Below the pieces are notes generated by a model that saw only the letters and a program-made list of their open reading frames with translations, ran no database searches and was not told the origin of the DNA. A DNA stretch of 64,000 nt from Squalus acanthias (lineage: Eukaryota). The stretch lies in NCBI GenBank assembly GCA_030390025.1, contig CM059431.1, positions 145,516,001 to 145,580,000 of the forward strand, read 5' to 3'. The translations under genes and the position numbers were made by a program. Position 1 is the stretch's first letter; every line of letters begins with the position of its first letter. This document shows positions 1-14,186 of the stretch, one piece after another.

Positions 1-3000
1 CTGACCCAGCCCCGCACTCCACTGACACAGCCCCGCACCCCACTGGCCCAGCCCCACACCCAACTGACACAGCCCCGCACCCCACTGACACAGCTCCGCA
101 CCCCACTGACCCAGCCCCACACCCCACTGACCCAGCCCCACACCCCACTGACACAGCCCCACACCCCACTGACCAAGCCCAACCCACCCTTGACCCAGCA
201 CCGCACCCCTCTGACCCAGCCCCGCAACACAACACTTCGCTCACCCAGCCCCACACCCCACTGACAGAGCTCCGCACCCCACTGACCCAGACCAAACCAG
301 CACTGACCCAGACCAAACCACCACTGACCCAGCCCCGCACCCAACTGACACAGCTCCGCAGCCCACTGACACAGCCCCACACCCCACTGACCGAGACCAA
401 CCCATCACTGACCCAGCCCAACACCCCACTGACCCAGCCCAACACACCACTGACCCAGCCCCGCACCCCCTGACCCAGCTCCATAAACCACTGACCCAGC
501 CCCGCACCTCACTTACCTAGCCGCACACCCCACTGGAACTGGCCCGCATCACACTGCTCCAGATCCGCACCCCACTGCCACTGCCCCGCACCCCAATACT
601 TCACTGACCCAGCCTGACACAAAAACAACCCTGCACCACACCGACACCGCACTTACATGCATCACACCGAAACTCCACTGACTCTGATGCACACCAAAAC
701 CCTACTGAACCATCCCCACAACAATACCATACTGACCCAGCCCCGCACCCCACTGACCCAGCTCCACAACCCTCTGACCCAGCCCCACACCCCACTGACC
801 AAGCCCCACACCCCACTGACCCAGCTCCGCAACCCTCTGGCCCAGCCCCACACCCCACTGACCCAGCCTCACACCCCACTGACCCAGCCACACACCCCAC
901 TGACCCAGCCCCATACCCCACTGACCCAGCCCAACACCCCACTGACCCAGCCTCACACCTCACTGACCCAGCCCAACACCCCACTGACCCAGCCCCAAAC
1001 CCCACTGACCCAGCCCTACACCCCACTTACCCAGCCACAAACCGAACTGACCAAGCCCCAAACCCAAATGTCCCAGCCCCGCAATCCACTGACCAAGCCC
1101 CACACCCCACTGACCTTGCCCCACACCCCATTGCGAAAGCCCCACACCCCACTGACGCAGCCCCTCACCCCATTGATCCAGCCCCACACCCTGCTAACCC
1201 AGCCCCCACACAACATTAACCCAGCCCCACACACCACTGACCCAGCCCCACACACCACTGACACAGACCCACACACCTCTGACACAGCCCGAAAAGCCAT
1301 TGACCCAGCCAAACAATGACATCCCACTGGACCAACCCAACACCGACACTTCACTGACCCAGCCTGACACAGACACGCCACTAATCCAGCCCCACACCGA
1401 CACATCACTGATATAGCAGCACACCGACACATCTCTGACCTAGCAACACAACGACACGACACTGACATAGCCACACACCTACACTTCACTGACCAAGCCC
1501 CACACCCCACTGACCCAGCTCCACAACCCTCTGACCCAGCCCCACACCCCACTGACCCAGCACTACAGCCCACTGACCCAGCCCCACACACCACTGAACC
1601 AGCCCCACTCCCCACTGACCCAGCCCCACACCCCACTGACCCAGCCCCACACCCCACTGAACCAGCCCCAGACCCACACCCCACTGACCCATACCCACAG
1701 ACACACCTCACTGACCCAGCCCCGCACCCCACTGATCCAGCCCCACACCACACTGACCCAGCCCCACACCCCACTGACCCAGCCCCACACCACACTGACC
1801 CAGCCCCACACCACACTGACCCAGCCCCACACCACATTGTTTCAGCTCAACAGTCAACACTCTATCTCAGATCAACACCACACAGACCCAATCCCAAACT
1901 CCAATGACACAGCCCCACATCACAGTGACCAGTCTCACACCCCACTGATTTAGCACCACTTCCCACTGACCCAGCGCCACACACCACTCACCCAGCATCG
2001 TACCCTAATTGTCCAGCCCCGCAACCGAAACCACAATGATCGAGCCCCTCTCTGACACACAACTGACGCAGCTCCACAACCCACTGTCACTTCCCCAAAC
2101 CGCACTGACGCAGCTCCACTCCCCATTGTTTCAGCTCAACACAGTCAACAATCTATCTCAGATCAACACCTCACTGACCCAGTCCCAAACTCCAATGACA
2201 CAGCCCCACATCCCAGTGACCAGCCTCACACCCCACTGATTCAGCACCACACCCCACTGACCCAGCCCCACAACCCTCTGGCCAAGCCCCACACCCCACT
2301 GACCAAGCCCCACACCTCACTGACACAATCCCAAACTCCACTGACCCAGCCCCACATCCCAGTGACCAGCCTCACACCACATTGACCCAGCCACACAACC
2401 CACTGACACAGCACCACACCACACTGACCCAGCACCCTCAACCCACTGACCCAGCCCCACACCCAACTGGCCCAGCCCCACGCCCCACTGACCCAGCCGC
2501 ACATCCCACTGGCCAAGCCCCAAACCCCACTGACACAGCCCCACAACGCACTGACCCAGCCCCACACCCCACTGACACAAACCCACACCCTACTGACCCA
2601 GCCCCACACCCCACTGACTCAAACCCACACCCCACTGACCAAGCCCCACACCCCACTGACCCAGTCCCGCACCGCACTGACACAAACCCACACACCACTG
2701 ACCCAGCCCCAAAACCAAGTGGTTCAGCCAAACAATGACATCCCACTGACCCAGCCCGACACCGACACTTCACGGACCCAGCCTGACATAGACACCTCAC
2801 TGACCCAGCCCCACACCGACACTTCACTGACATAGCAGCACACTGGCACACCTCTGACCTATCCCCAAAACGAGACCCCACTGACATAGCCCCACAGCGA
2901 CACACGACTGACTCAGCCTTACACCGAAACACTACTGACCCATACCCACATCGATAATCTCCTGACTAGCACTTCACACCACTAAATGAGGCCCGCACCC

Positions 3001-5120
3001 CTCTGACACAGCCCCACACCCCACTGACCCAGCCCCGCACCCCATTGACCCAGCCCCACAACCCACTGACACAGTCCCACACCCAACTGACGAAACCCTA
3101 GAGCCCACTGAACTAGCCCGCACCCCTCTGACCCAGCCCCACACCCTACTGAAGCAGTCCCGCATCCAACTGATCCAGCCCCACACCCCACTGACCCAGC
3201 CCCGCAACCCACTGACCCAGCCCTGGCCCCCACACAGACCCAGCCCCGCACCCCACTTTCTCAGCCCCCGCTCCCCACTGGCCCAGCCCCGCACCCCACT
3301 GACCCAACATCACAACCCACTGACCCAGCCCCATACCCTACTGAACCTGCCCTCACTCCACTGACCCAGCCCCACACCCCACTGACCCAGCCTCACACCT
3401 CACTGACCCAGCCCTACACCCCACTTACCCAGCCACAAACCGAACTGACCAAGCCCCAAACCCAAATGTCCCAGCCCCGCAATCCACTGACCAAGCCGCA
3501 CACCCCACTGACCTTGCCCCACACCCCATTGCGAAAGCCCCACACCCCACTGACGCAGCCCCTCACCCCATTGACCCAGCCCCACACCCTGCTAACCCAG
3601 CCCCCACACAACATTAACCCAGCCCCACACACCACTGACCCAGCCCCACACACCACTGACACAGACCCACACACCTCTGACACAGCCCGAAAAGCCATTG
3701 ACCCAGCCAAACAATGACATCCCACTGGACCAACCCAACACCGACACTTCACTGACCCAGCCTGACACAGACACGCCACTAATCCAGCCCCACACCGACA
3801 CATCACTGATATAGCAGCACACCGACACATCTCTGACCTAGCAACACAACGACACCACACTGACATAGCCACACACCTACACTACACTGACCAAGCCCCA
3901 CACCCCACTGACCCAGCTCCACAACCCTCTGACCCAGCCCCACACCCCACTGACCCAGCACTACAGCCCACTGACCCAGCCCCACACACCACTGAACCAG
4001 CCCCACTCCCCACTGACCCAGCCCCACACCCCACTGACCCAGCCCCACACCCCACTGACACAGCCCCAGACCCACACCCCACTGACCCATACCCACAGAC
4101 ACACCCCACTGACCCAGCCCCGCACCCCACTGATCCAGCCCCACACCACACTGACACAGCCCCACACCCCACTGACCCAGCCCCACACCACACTGACCCA
4201 GCCCCACACCACACTGACCCAGCCCCACACCACATTGTTTCAGCTCAACAGTCAACACTCTATCTCAGATCAACACCACACAGACCCAATCCCAAACTCC
4301 AATGACACAGCCCCACATCCCAGTGACCAGTCTCACACCCCACTGATTTAGCACCACTTCCCACTGACCCAGCGCCACACACCACTCACCCAGCATCGTA
4401 CCCTAATTGTCCAGCCCCGCAACCGAAACCACAATGATCGAGCCCCTCTCTGACACACAACTGACGCAGCTCCACAACCCACTGTCACTTCCCCAAACCG
4501 CACTGACGCAGCTCCACTCCCCATTGTTTCAGCTCAACACAGTCAACAATCTATCTCAGATCAACACCTCACTGACCCAGTCCCAAACTCCAATGACACA
4601 GCCCCACATCCCAGTGACCAGCCTCACACCCCACTGATTCAGCACCACACCCCACTGACCCAGCCCCACAACCCTCTGGCCAAGCCCCACACCCCACTGA
4701 CCAAGCCCCACACCTCACTGACCCAATCCCAAACTCCACTGACCCAGCCCCACATCCCAGTGACCAGCCTCACACCACATTGACCCAGCCACACAACCCA
4801 CTGACACAGCACCACACCACACTGACCCAGCACCCTCAACCCACTGACCCAGGCCCACACCCAACTGGCCCAGCCCCACGCCCCACTGACCCAGCCGCAC
4901 ATCCCACTGGCCAAGCCCCACACCCCACTGACACAGCCCCACAACGCACTGACCCAGCCCCACACCCCACTGACACAAACCCACACCCTACTGACCCAGC
5001 CCCACACCCCACTGACTCAAACCCACACCCCACTGACCAAGCCCCACACCCCACTGACCCAGTCCCACACCGCACTGACAGAAACCCACACACCACTGAC
5101 CCAGCCCCAAAACCAAGTGG
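1..5120. repeat. 21-bp C-rich minisatellite, consensus CCCCACTGACCCAGCCCCACA
   Basis: CACTGACCCAGCCCC recurs every ~21 nt; the ORFs here are 7-residue periodic artefacts (TQPHTPL, GSVGCGA, GLGQWGV). Confidence 0.97.
1003..5120. repeat. Near-identical duplicated block inside the minisatellite (about 1003-2722 repeated at 3401-5120, offset 2398)
   Basis: Matching ORFs at constant offset (2009/4407, 2241/4639, 1194/3592); unique variants such as CACTTACCCAGCCACAAACCGAAC and AAAACCAAGTGG occur in both copies. Confidence 0.93.
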
Positions 5121-5664
5121 TTTACACACTGTCTGGTCTCACTGGGCACATTCTCCCCGGATTACACACTGTGGGAACTCCCTGGGCCCGTCTTCCCCGG
5201 GATAAACACTTTTGATCTCATTGGGCCAATCCTCCCCGGGTTACACACTGTCTGATCTCTCTATGCCTCTACTCCCTGTGTTAAACATTGTTAGATCTCA
5301 TTGGGCCTATCTTCCGCGTGTTACACAAGTTCTGATCACACTGGGCCCATTCTCCGCGGATTACACACTGTCTGATCTGACTGGGCCAATCCTTCCCGGG
5401 TTACAACCTGTCTGATCTCACTGGGAACATCCTCCCCGTGTTACACACTCTCTGATCCCACTGGGCCCATCCTCCTCGGGATATAGTCTGCCTGATCTCA
5501 CTGCTCCCATCCTCCCAGGGTTACACACTGTCTGATCACACTATGCCCATCCTCCCCGGGTTACACACTGTCTGATCTCACGGGGCCCATCCTCCCCGGG
5601 TTACACACTGCCTGATCTCACTGGTCCCATGTTCCTCGGTTTACACCTTGTCTTATCTCACTAG

Positions 5665-7192
5665 CCATAAAAAATATATTTAACTCCTTCGTGAATATAT
5701 TTAATGAATTGGCCTCAACTGCCTTCTGTGGTAGATAAGTCCACAGTTTCACCACTCTCTGGGTGAAGAAATTCCTCCTCATCTCTGTGGTGAATGGCTT
5801 ACCCCTTATCCTTAGATTATGACCCCTGGTTCTGGACTCCCCCGCCATCGGGAACAACCTTCCTGCATCTAGCCTGTCTAGTCCTGTTAGAATTTTATAA
5901 GTTTCAATGAGATCCCTCTCATTCTTCTAAACTCTAGCGAATACAAGCCCAATCGACCCAATCTCTCCTCATACGTCATTCCTGCCATCCCAGGTATCAG
6001 CCTGGTGAATCTTCGCTGCACTCCCTCCATGGCAAGAACATCGTTCCTCAGATAAGGCGATCAAAACTGCACACAATACTCAAGGTGTGATCTCACCAAG
6101 GCCCTGTACAACTGCAGGAAGACATCCTTGCTCCTGTACTCGAATCCTCTCGCTATGAAGGCCAACATACCATTTGCCTTCTTAAACGCCTGCTGCCCCT
6201 GCACGCTTAGCTTCAGCGACTGGTGCACAAGCACACCCAGAGCTCATTGCACTTCCACTTCTCCCACACTATTGCCGTTCAGATAATCATCTGCCTTCCT
6301 GTTTTTGCCACCAAAGTGGATAATCTCGCATTTATCCACTTTATACGGCATCTGCCATGCATCTGCCCAATCACCCAAATTGTCCAAATCATACTGGAGT
6401 TTCTCTGCATCCTCCTCACAGCACACACCCCCACCCAGCTTTGTGTCACCTGCAAACTTGGAGATATTACATATAGTTCCCTCGTCTAGATCATTAATAT
6501 ATAGTGAATAGCTGGTGTCCTAGCACCGATCCCTGCGGTACCCCACTAGTCACTGCCTGCCACTTCGAAAAAGACCCGTTTATTCCAACTCTTTGCTTCC
6601 TGTCTGCCAACCAGTTCTCTATCCAAGTCAGTACCTTACCCCCAACCCCATGTGCTTCAAATTTGCACGCTAACCTCTTATGCGGGACCTTATCGTAAGC
6701 CTTCTGAAAGTCCAAATACACCACATCCACTGTTTCTTCCTTATTCAGTCTACCAGTTACATCCTCAAACAATTACAGTAGATTAGTCAAGTACGATTTA
6801 CCTTTTGTAAATCTATGTTGAGTTTGTCCGATCCTGTCACTGTTTTCAAAGTGCTCTGCTATTACATCTGTTATAATGGAGTCTAGCATTTTCCCCACTA
6901 CCAATGCCAGGCTTACCGGTCTATTGTTCCCCGTTTTCTCTCCACCACCTTTTTTAAATAGTGGGGTTACATTAGCTACCCTCCAATCTATGGGAACTGT
7001 GCCAGAGTCTATAGAATTTTGGAAGATGACCAGCAATGCATCTACTATTTCTGGGACCACTTCCTTAAGTACCCTAGGATGTAGATTGTCAAACCCTAGG
7101 GATTTATCGGGCTTCATACCGTCAAATTGCCTAACACCATTTCCCTACAAATACTGATTTCATTCAGCTCTTCCATCTCATTAGACCTTATG
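5665..7192 (-). mobile_element. CR1 LINE ORF2 (RT) internal fragment, satellite copy 1 (type A)
   Basis: Translations [38 protein letters not shown]; frameshift at FTIY and an extra stop. Confidence 0.95.
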
Positions 7193-9613
7193 CTCCCCGG
7201 GTTAAACACTGTCTGATTTCACTGGGTCCTTACTCCCCGGGTTACACACTGTCTGATTTCACTGGGACCTTACTCCCCGGCTTAAACAATTACTGATCTC
7301 ACTTGGCCCATCCTCACCGGGATACAAACTGTCTGTTCCCACTGGGCCCACCTCCCCATCCCCCCGCCCCCCCGCCCCCCGCTGATTACACACTGTCTGT
7401 TCTCACTGTGCCCATCATCCTCGATTTACACACTTTCTGATCTCAATGGGCCCATTCTCCCCGGGTTACACGCTGTCTGATCTCACTGGGCCCATCCGCC
7501 CCGGGTTACACACTGTCTGATCTCACTGGGCCCATCCAGCCCGGGTTCACACTATCTGGTCTTACTCGGCCGATCCTCTCCGTGTTAAACACGGTGTGTT
7601 CTTACCGGGCCCATCCTCCCCGTGTTACACACTGTCTGTTCTCACTCGGTCCAACCTCCCCGGGCGAGGCACTGTTGATCTCACTTGGCACATCCTCCCC
7701 GGGTTACACACTGTCTGATCTCAATGGGCCTATCCCCCCCCCCCCGCTTGATTACACACTTCTGATCTCACTGGTCCCATCCTCCCCGGGTTACACACTG
7801 TCTGACCTCACTGGGCCAATCCTCCCGGGGTTACACACTGTCTGATCTCACTGTGCCCATGCTCCCCGGATAACACACTGTCTGATCTCACTGGGCTCAT
7901 CCTCCCCGGGTTACACACTGTCTGGGCTCCCTCGGCCGATCCTCTCCGTGTTACACACGGTGTGTTCTCCCTGGGCCCATCCTCCCCGTGTTACACACTG
8001 TCTGGTCTCACTCGGTCCATCCTCCCCGGGCGAGGCACTGTTGATCTCACTGGTCCCATCCTCCCCGGGTTACACACTGTCTGACCTCACTGGACCAATC
8101 CTCCCAGAGTTACACACTGTCTGATCTCCCTGTGCCCATCCTCTCCGGGTTACTCACTGTCTGATCTCACTGTGCCCATCCTCCCAGTGTTACACACTGT
8201 GTGATCTCACTGTGCCCATCCTCCCCAGGTTACACACTGTCTGATCTCACTGTGCCAATCCTCCCCGGGTTACACAATGTCTGATCTCACTGTGCCACTG
8301 CTCCCCGGGTTACACACTGTCTGATCTCACTGGGCTCATCCTCCCCGGATTACACACTGTCTGATCTCACTGTGCCCATCCTCCCCGGGTTACACACTGT
8401 CTGATCTCACTGTGCCCATCCTCCCCGGTATACACACTGTCTGACCTCACTGTGTCCAACCTCCACGTGTTACACAAAATCTGATCTAACTGGGCCCATC
8501 CTCCCCGGGTTACACACTGCCTGATCTCACTGGGCCCATTCTCCCCGGGTTATACACTATCTGATCTCACTGTGCCCATCCTCCCACAGTTACTCACTGT
8601 CTGATCTCACTGGGCCTATCCTCCCCGGGTTACACACTGTCTGATTTCACTGGGCCCATCCTCCCCGGGTTACACACTGACTGACCTCACTGGGGCCATC
8701 CTCCCCAGGTTACGCACCGTCTGATCTCACTGGGCCCATCCACCCCGGGTTACACACTGCCTGACCTCACTAGGTCCATCCTCCACGGGTTACACACTAC
8801 CTGATCTCACTGGGCGTATCCTCAGCGGGTTACACACTGTCTGTTCTCATTGAGCCTATCCTCCTTGCGTTACTCATTGTCTGATATCACTGGGCCCATC
8901 ATCCTCGGGTTCCACACTGTCTAATCTCAATGGGCCCATCCTCACCGGGTTACACACTGTCTCACCTCACTGTGCCCTTCCTCACCGGGTTACACACTGT
9001 CACATCTCACTTGGCCCATCCACCTCGGTTTAAAAACGGTCTGATCTGACTGGACCTATCCTCCTCGGGTTACACACTGTTGATCTCATTGGGCCAATCC
9101 TCCCCGGGTTACACACTGTCTGAACCCTCTTTGCCTCCACTCCCTGTGTTACACATTGTTAGATCTCACTGGGCCTATCTTCCGCGTGTTACACAAGTTC
9201 TGATCACACTTGGCCCATTCTCCGCGGATTACACACTGTCTGATCTCACTGGGCCAATCCTTCCCGGGGTACAACCTGTCTGATCTCACTGGGAACATCC
9301 TCCCTGTGTAACACACTCTCTGATCCCACTGGGCCCATCCTCCTCGGGATATAGTCTGCCTGATCTCACTGGGCCCATCCTCCCCATGTTGTGCATTGCC
9401 TCATCTCACTGGGCCCATCCTCCCCGGGTTACACACTATCTGATCACACTGTGCCCATCCTCCCCGGGTTACACACTGTCTGATCCCACGGGGCCCATCC
9501 TCCCCGGGTTACCCACTGTCTGATCCCACGGGGCCCATCTTCCCCGGGTTAATCACTGCCTGATCTCACTGGGCCCATGTTCCTCGGTTTACACCTTGTC
9601 TGATCTCACTAGC

Positions 9614-11117
9614 CTTAAGAAATATATTTGACTCCTTCTTGAATATATTTAATGAATTGGCCTCAACTGCCTTCTGTGGTAGAGAAGTCCACAGTTTCAC
9701 CACTCTCTGGGTGAAGAAATTCCTCCTCATCTCTGCCCTAAACGGCTTACTCCTTAACCTTAGATTATGACCCCTGGTTCTGGACTCCCCCGCCACCGGG
9801 AACAACCTTCCTGCATCTAGCCTGTCTAGTCCTGTTAGAATTTTATAAGTTTCAATGAGATCCCTCTCATTCTTCTCAACTCTAGCGAATACAAGCCCAA
9901 TCGACCCAATCTCTCCTCATACGTCATTCCTGCAATCCCAGGTATCAGCCTGGTGAATCTTCGCTGCACTCCCTCCAAGACAAGAACATCGTTCCTCAGA
10001 TAAGGCGATCAAAACTGCACACAATAATCAAGGTGTGATCTCACCAAGGCCCTGTACAACTGCAGGAAGACATCCTTGCTCCTGTACTCGAATCCTCTCG
10101 CTATGAAGGCCAACATACCATTTGCCTTCTTAAACGCCTGCTGCACCTGCACGCTTAGCTTCAGCGACTGGTGCACAAGGACACCCAGAGCTCATTGCAC
10201 TTCCACTTCTCCCACTCTATTGCCGTTCAGATAATCATCTGCCTTCCTGTTTTTGCCACCAAAGTGGATAATCTCGCATTTATCCACATTATACGGCATC
10301 TGCCATGCATCTGCCCAATCACCCAACTTGTCCAAATCATACTGGAGTTTCTCTGCATCCTCATCACAGCACACACGCCCACCCAGCTTTGTGTCACCTG
10401 CAAACCTAGAGATATTACATATAGTTCCCCCGTCTAGATCATTAATATATAGTGAATAGCTGGTGTCCTAGCACCGATCCCTGCGGTACCCCACTAGTCA
10501 CTGCCTGCCACTTCGAAAAAGACCCGTTTATTCCAACTCTTTGCTTCCTGTCTGCCAACCAGTTCTCTATCCTAGTCAGTACCTTACCCCCAACCCCATG
10601 TGCTTCAAATTTGCACGCTAACCTCTTATGCGGGACCTTATCGTAAGCCTTCTGAAAGTCCAAATACACCACATCCACTGTTTCTTCCTTATTCAGTCTA
10701 CCAGTTACATCCTCAAAAAATTCCAGTAGATTAGTCAAGTACGATTTACCTTTTGTAAATCTATGTTGAGTTTGTCCGATCCTGTCACTGTTTTCAAAGT
10801 GCTCTGCTATTACATCTGTTATAATGGAGTCTAGCATTTTCCCCACTATCGATGCCGTTTTCTCTCCACCGCCTTTTTTAAATAGTGGGGTTACATTAGC
10901 TACCCTCCAATCCATGGGAACTGTGCAAGAGTCTATAGAATTTTGGAAGATGACCAGCAATGCATCTACTATTTCTGGGGCCACTTCCTTTAGTACCCTA
11001 GTATGTAGATTGTCAGACCCGGGGGATTTATCGGCCTTCAATCCCGTCAAATTGCCGCACACCATTTCCCTACAAATACTGATTCCATTCAGCTCCTCCC
11101 TCTCATTAGACCGTATC
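9614..11117 (-). mobile_element. CR1 LINE RT fragment, satellite copy 2 (type B, 24-bp in-frame deletion)
   Basis: ORF 10442-11134 RT motifs; KTASIVGK lacks GNYRPVSL. Confidence 0.95.
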
Positions 11118-12659
11118 CTCCCCGGGTTAAACACTGTCTGATTTCACTGGTTCCTTACTCCCCGGGTTACACACTGTCTTATCACACTGGGCCCATCCGC
11201 CCCGGGTTACACACTGTCTGATCTCACTGGGCCCATCCTCCCCGGGTTACACACTGCCCGATCACACTGGGTCCATCCTCCCCGGGTTACACACTGTCTG
11301 ATCTCACTGGGCCCATCCTCCCCGGGTTACACACTGTCTGATCTCACTGGGCCCATCCTCCCCGGGTGACGCACTGTCTGACATCATTGGGCCCATCCTC
11401 CCCGGCTTAAACAATTTCTGATCTCACTTGGCCCATCCTCACCGGGATACAAACTGTCTGCTCCCACTGGGCCCACCTCCCCGGGTTACACATTGTCTGA
11501 TCTCAATGGGCCCATCCCCTCGCACCCCCCCCCCCCCCCCCACCCTCCGCTGATTACACACTGTTTGATGTCACTGGGCCCGTCCTCCCCGGGTTACACA
11601 GTGTCGGATGTCACTGTACCCATCCTCCCCGCATTACACACTGTCTGACATCATTGGGGCCCATCCTCACCGGGTTACACACTTTCTGATATCACTGGGC
11701 CCATCCTCCTGGGTTACACACTGTCTGTCCACACTGGGCCAATCCTCCCCGCGTTACAGACTGTATGATCTCACTGTGCCCATGCTCCCCGGGTTACACA
11801 CTGCCTGATCTCACTGGGCTCATCCTCCCCGGGTTACACACTGTCTGATCTCACTGGGCCCATCCACCCCGGGCTCACACTGTCTGGTCTCACTCGGCCG
11901 ATCCTTTCCGTGTTAAACACGGTGTGTTCTTACTGGGCCCATCCTCCCCGTGTTGCACACTGTCTGGTCTCACTCGGTCCATCCTTCCTGCGCGAGGCAC
12001 TGTTGATCTCACTTGGCCCATCCTCCCCGGGTGACACACTGTCTGATCTCAATGGGCCTATCCCCCACCCCTGATTACACACTGTCTGATCTCACTGGTC
12101 CCATCCTCCCCGGGTTACACACTGTCTGACCACACTGGGCCATTCCTCCCAGGGTTACACACTGTCTGATCTCATTGTGCCTATCCTCCACAGGTTACAC
12201 TCTGTCGGATCTCTCTGTGCCTCCACTCCCTGTGTTACACATCGTTAGATCTCACTGGGCCTATCATCCACGTGTTACACAAGTTCTGATCACACTGGGC
12301 CCATTCTCCGCGGATTACACACTGTCTGATCTCACTGGACCAATCCTTCCCGGGTTACAACCTGTCTGATCTCACTGGGAACATCCTCCCCGTGTTACAC
12401 ACTCTCTGATCCCACTGGGCCCATCCTCCTCGGGATATAGTCTGCCTGATCTCACTGGGCCCATCCTCCCCGGGTTGTGCATTGCCTCATCTCACTGGGC
12501 CCATCCTCGCCGGACTACACACTATCTGATCACACTGTGCCCATCCTCCCCGGGTTACACACTGTCTGATCTCACGGTGCCCATCCTCCCCGGGTTACAC
12601 ACTGCCTGATCTCACTGGGCCCATGTTCCTTGGTTTACACGTTGTCTGATCTCACTAGC

Positions 12660-14186
12660 CTTAAGAAATATATTTAACTCCTTCGTGAATATATTTAATG
12701 AATTGGCCTCAACTGCCTTCTGTGGTAGATAAGTCCACAGTTTCACCACTCTCTGGGTGAAGAAATTCCTCCTCATCTCTGTGGTGAATGGCTTACCCCT
12801 TATCCTTAGATTATGACCCCTGGTTCTGGACTCCCCCGCCATCGGGAACAACTTTCCTGCATCTAGCCTGTCTAGTCCTGTTAGAATTTTATAAGTTTCA
12901 ATGAGATCCCTCTCATTCTTCTAAACTCTAGCGAATACAAGCCCAATCGACCCAATCTCTCCTCATACGTCATTCCTGCCATCCCAGGTATCAGCCTGGT
13001 GAATCTTCGCTGCACTCCCTCCATGGCAAGAACATCGTTCCTCAGATAAGGCGATCAAAACTGCACACAATACTCAAGGTGTGATCTCACCAAGGCCCTG
13101 TACAACTGCAGGAAGACATCCTTGCTCCTGTACTCGAATCCTCTCGCTATGAAGGCCAACATACCATTTGCCTTCTTAAACGCCTGCTGCCCCTGCACGC
13201 TTAGCTTCAGCGACTGGTGCACAAGCACACCCAGAGCTCATTGCACTTCCACTTCTCCCACACTATTGCCGTTCAGATAATCATCTGCCTTCCTGTTTTT
13301 GCCACCAAAGTGGATAATCTCGCATTTATCCACTTTATACGGCATCTGCCATGCATCTGCCCAATCACCCAACTTGTCCAAATCATACTGGAGTTTCTCT
13401 GCATCCTCCTCACAGCACACACCCCCACCCAGCTTTGTGTCACCTGCAAACTTGGAGATATTACATATAGTTCCCTCGTCTAGATCATTAATATATAGTG
13501 AATAGCTGGTGTCCTAGCACCGATCCCTGCGGTACCCCACTAGTCACTGCCTGCCACTTCGAAAAAGACCCGTTTATTCCAACTCTTTGCTTCCTGTCTG
13601 CCAACCAGTTCTCTATCCAAGTCAGTACCTTACCCCCAACCCCATGTGCTTCAAATTTGCACGCTAACCTCTTATGCGGGACCTTATCGTAAGCCTTCTG
13701 AAAGTCCAAATACACCACATCCACTGTTTCTTCCTTATTCAGTCTACCAGTTACATCCTCAAACAATTACAGTAGATTAGTCAAGTACGATTTACCTTTT
13801 GTAAATCTATGTTGAGTTTGTCCGATCCTGTCACTGTTTTCAAAGTGCTCTGCTATTACATCTTTTATAATGGAGTCTAGCATTTTCCCCACTACCAATG
13901 CCAGGCTTACCGGTCTATAGTTCCCCGTTTTCTCTCCACCACCTTTTTTAAATAGTGGGGTTACATTAGCTACCCTCCAATCTATGGGAACTGTGCCAGA
14001 GTCTATAGAATTTTGGAAGATGACCAGCAATGCATCTACTATTTCTGGGACCACTTCCTTAAGTACCCTAGGATGTAGATTGTCAAACCCTAGGGATTTA
14101 TCGGGCTTCATACCGTCAAATTGCCTAACACCATTTCCCTACAAATACTGATTTCATTCAGCTCTTCCATCTCATTAGACCTTATG
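12660..14186 (-). mobile_element. CR1 LINE RT fragment, satellite copy 3 (type A)
   Basis: Near-identical to copy 1, offset 6994. Confidence 0.95.

Noticed and set aside
1..5120. Immunoglobulin switch-like region (TGGGG/GGGCT pentamers)
   Set aside because: AGCT hotspots are scarce and no Ig exons are visible in the window.
241..5205. Mucin-like or Gly/Cys/Trp-rich ORFs
   Set aside because: By-products of a 21-bp (7-codon) repeat open in several frames on both strands; no signal peptide or splice evidence.
6223..6698. Plus-strand ORFs repeated five or more times (MHKHTQSS, MPPKWIIS, MNSWCPST)
   Set aside because: Antisense shadows of the CR1 RT frame.
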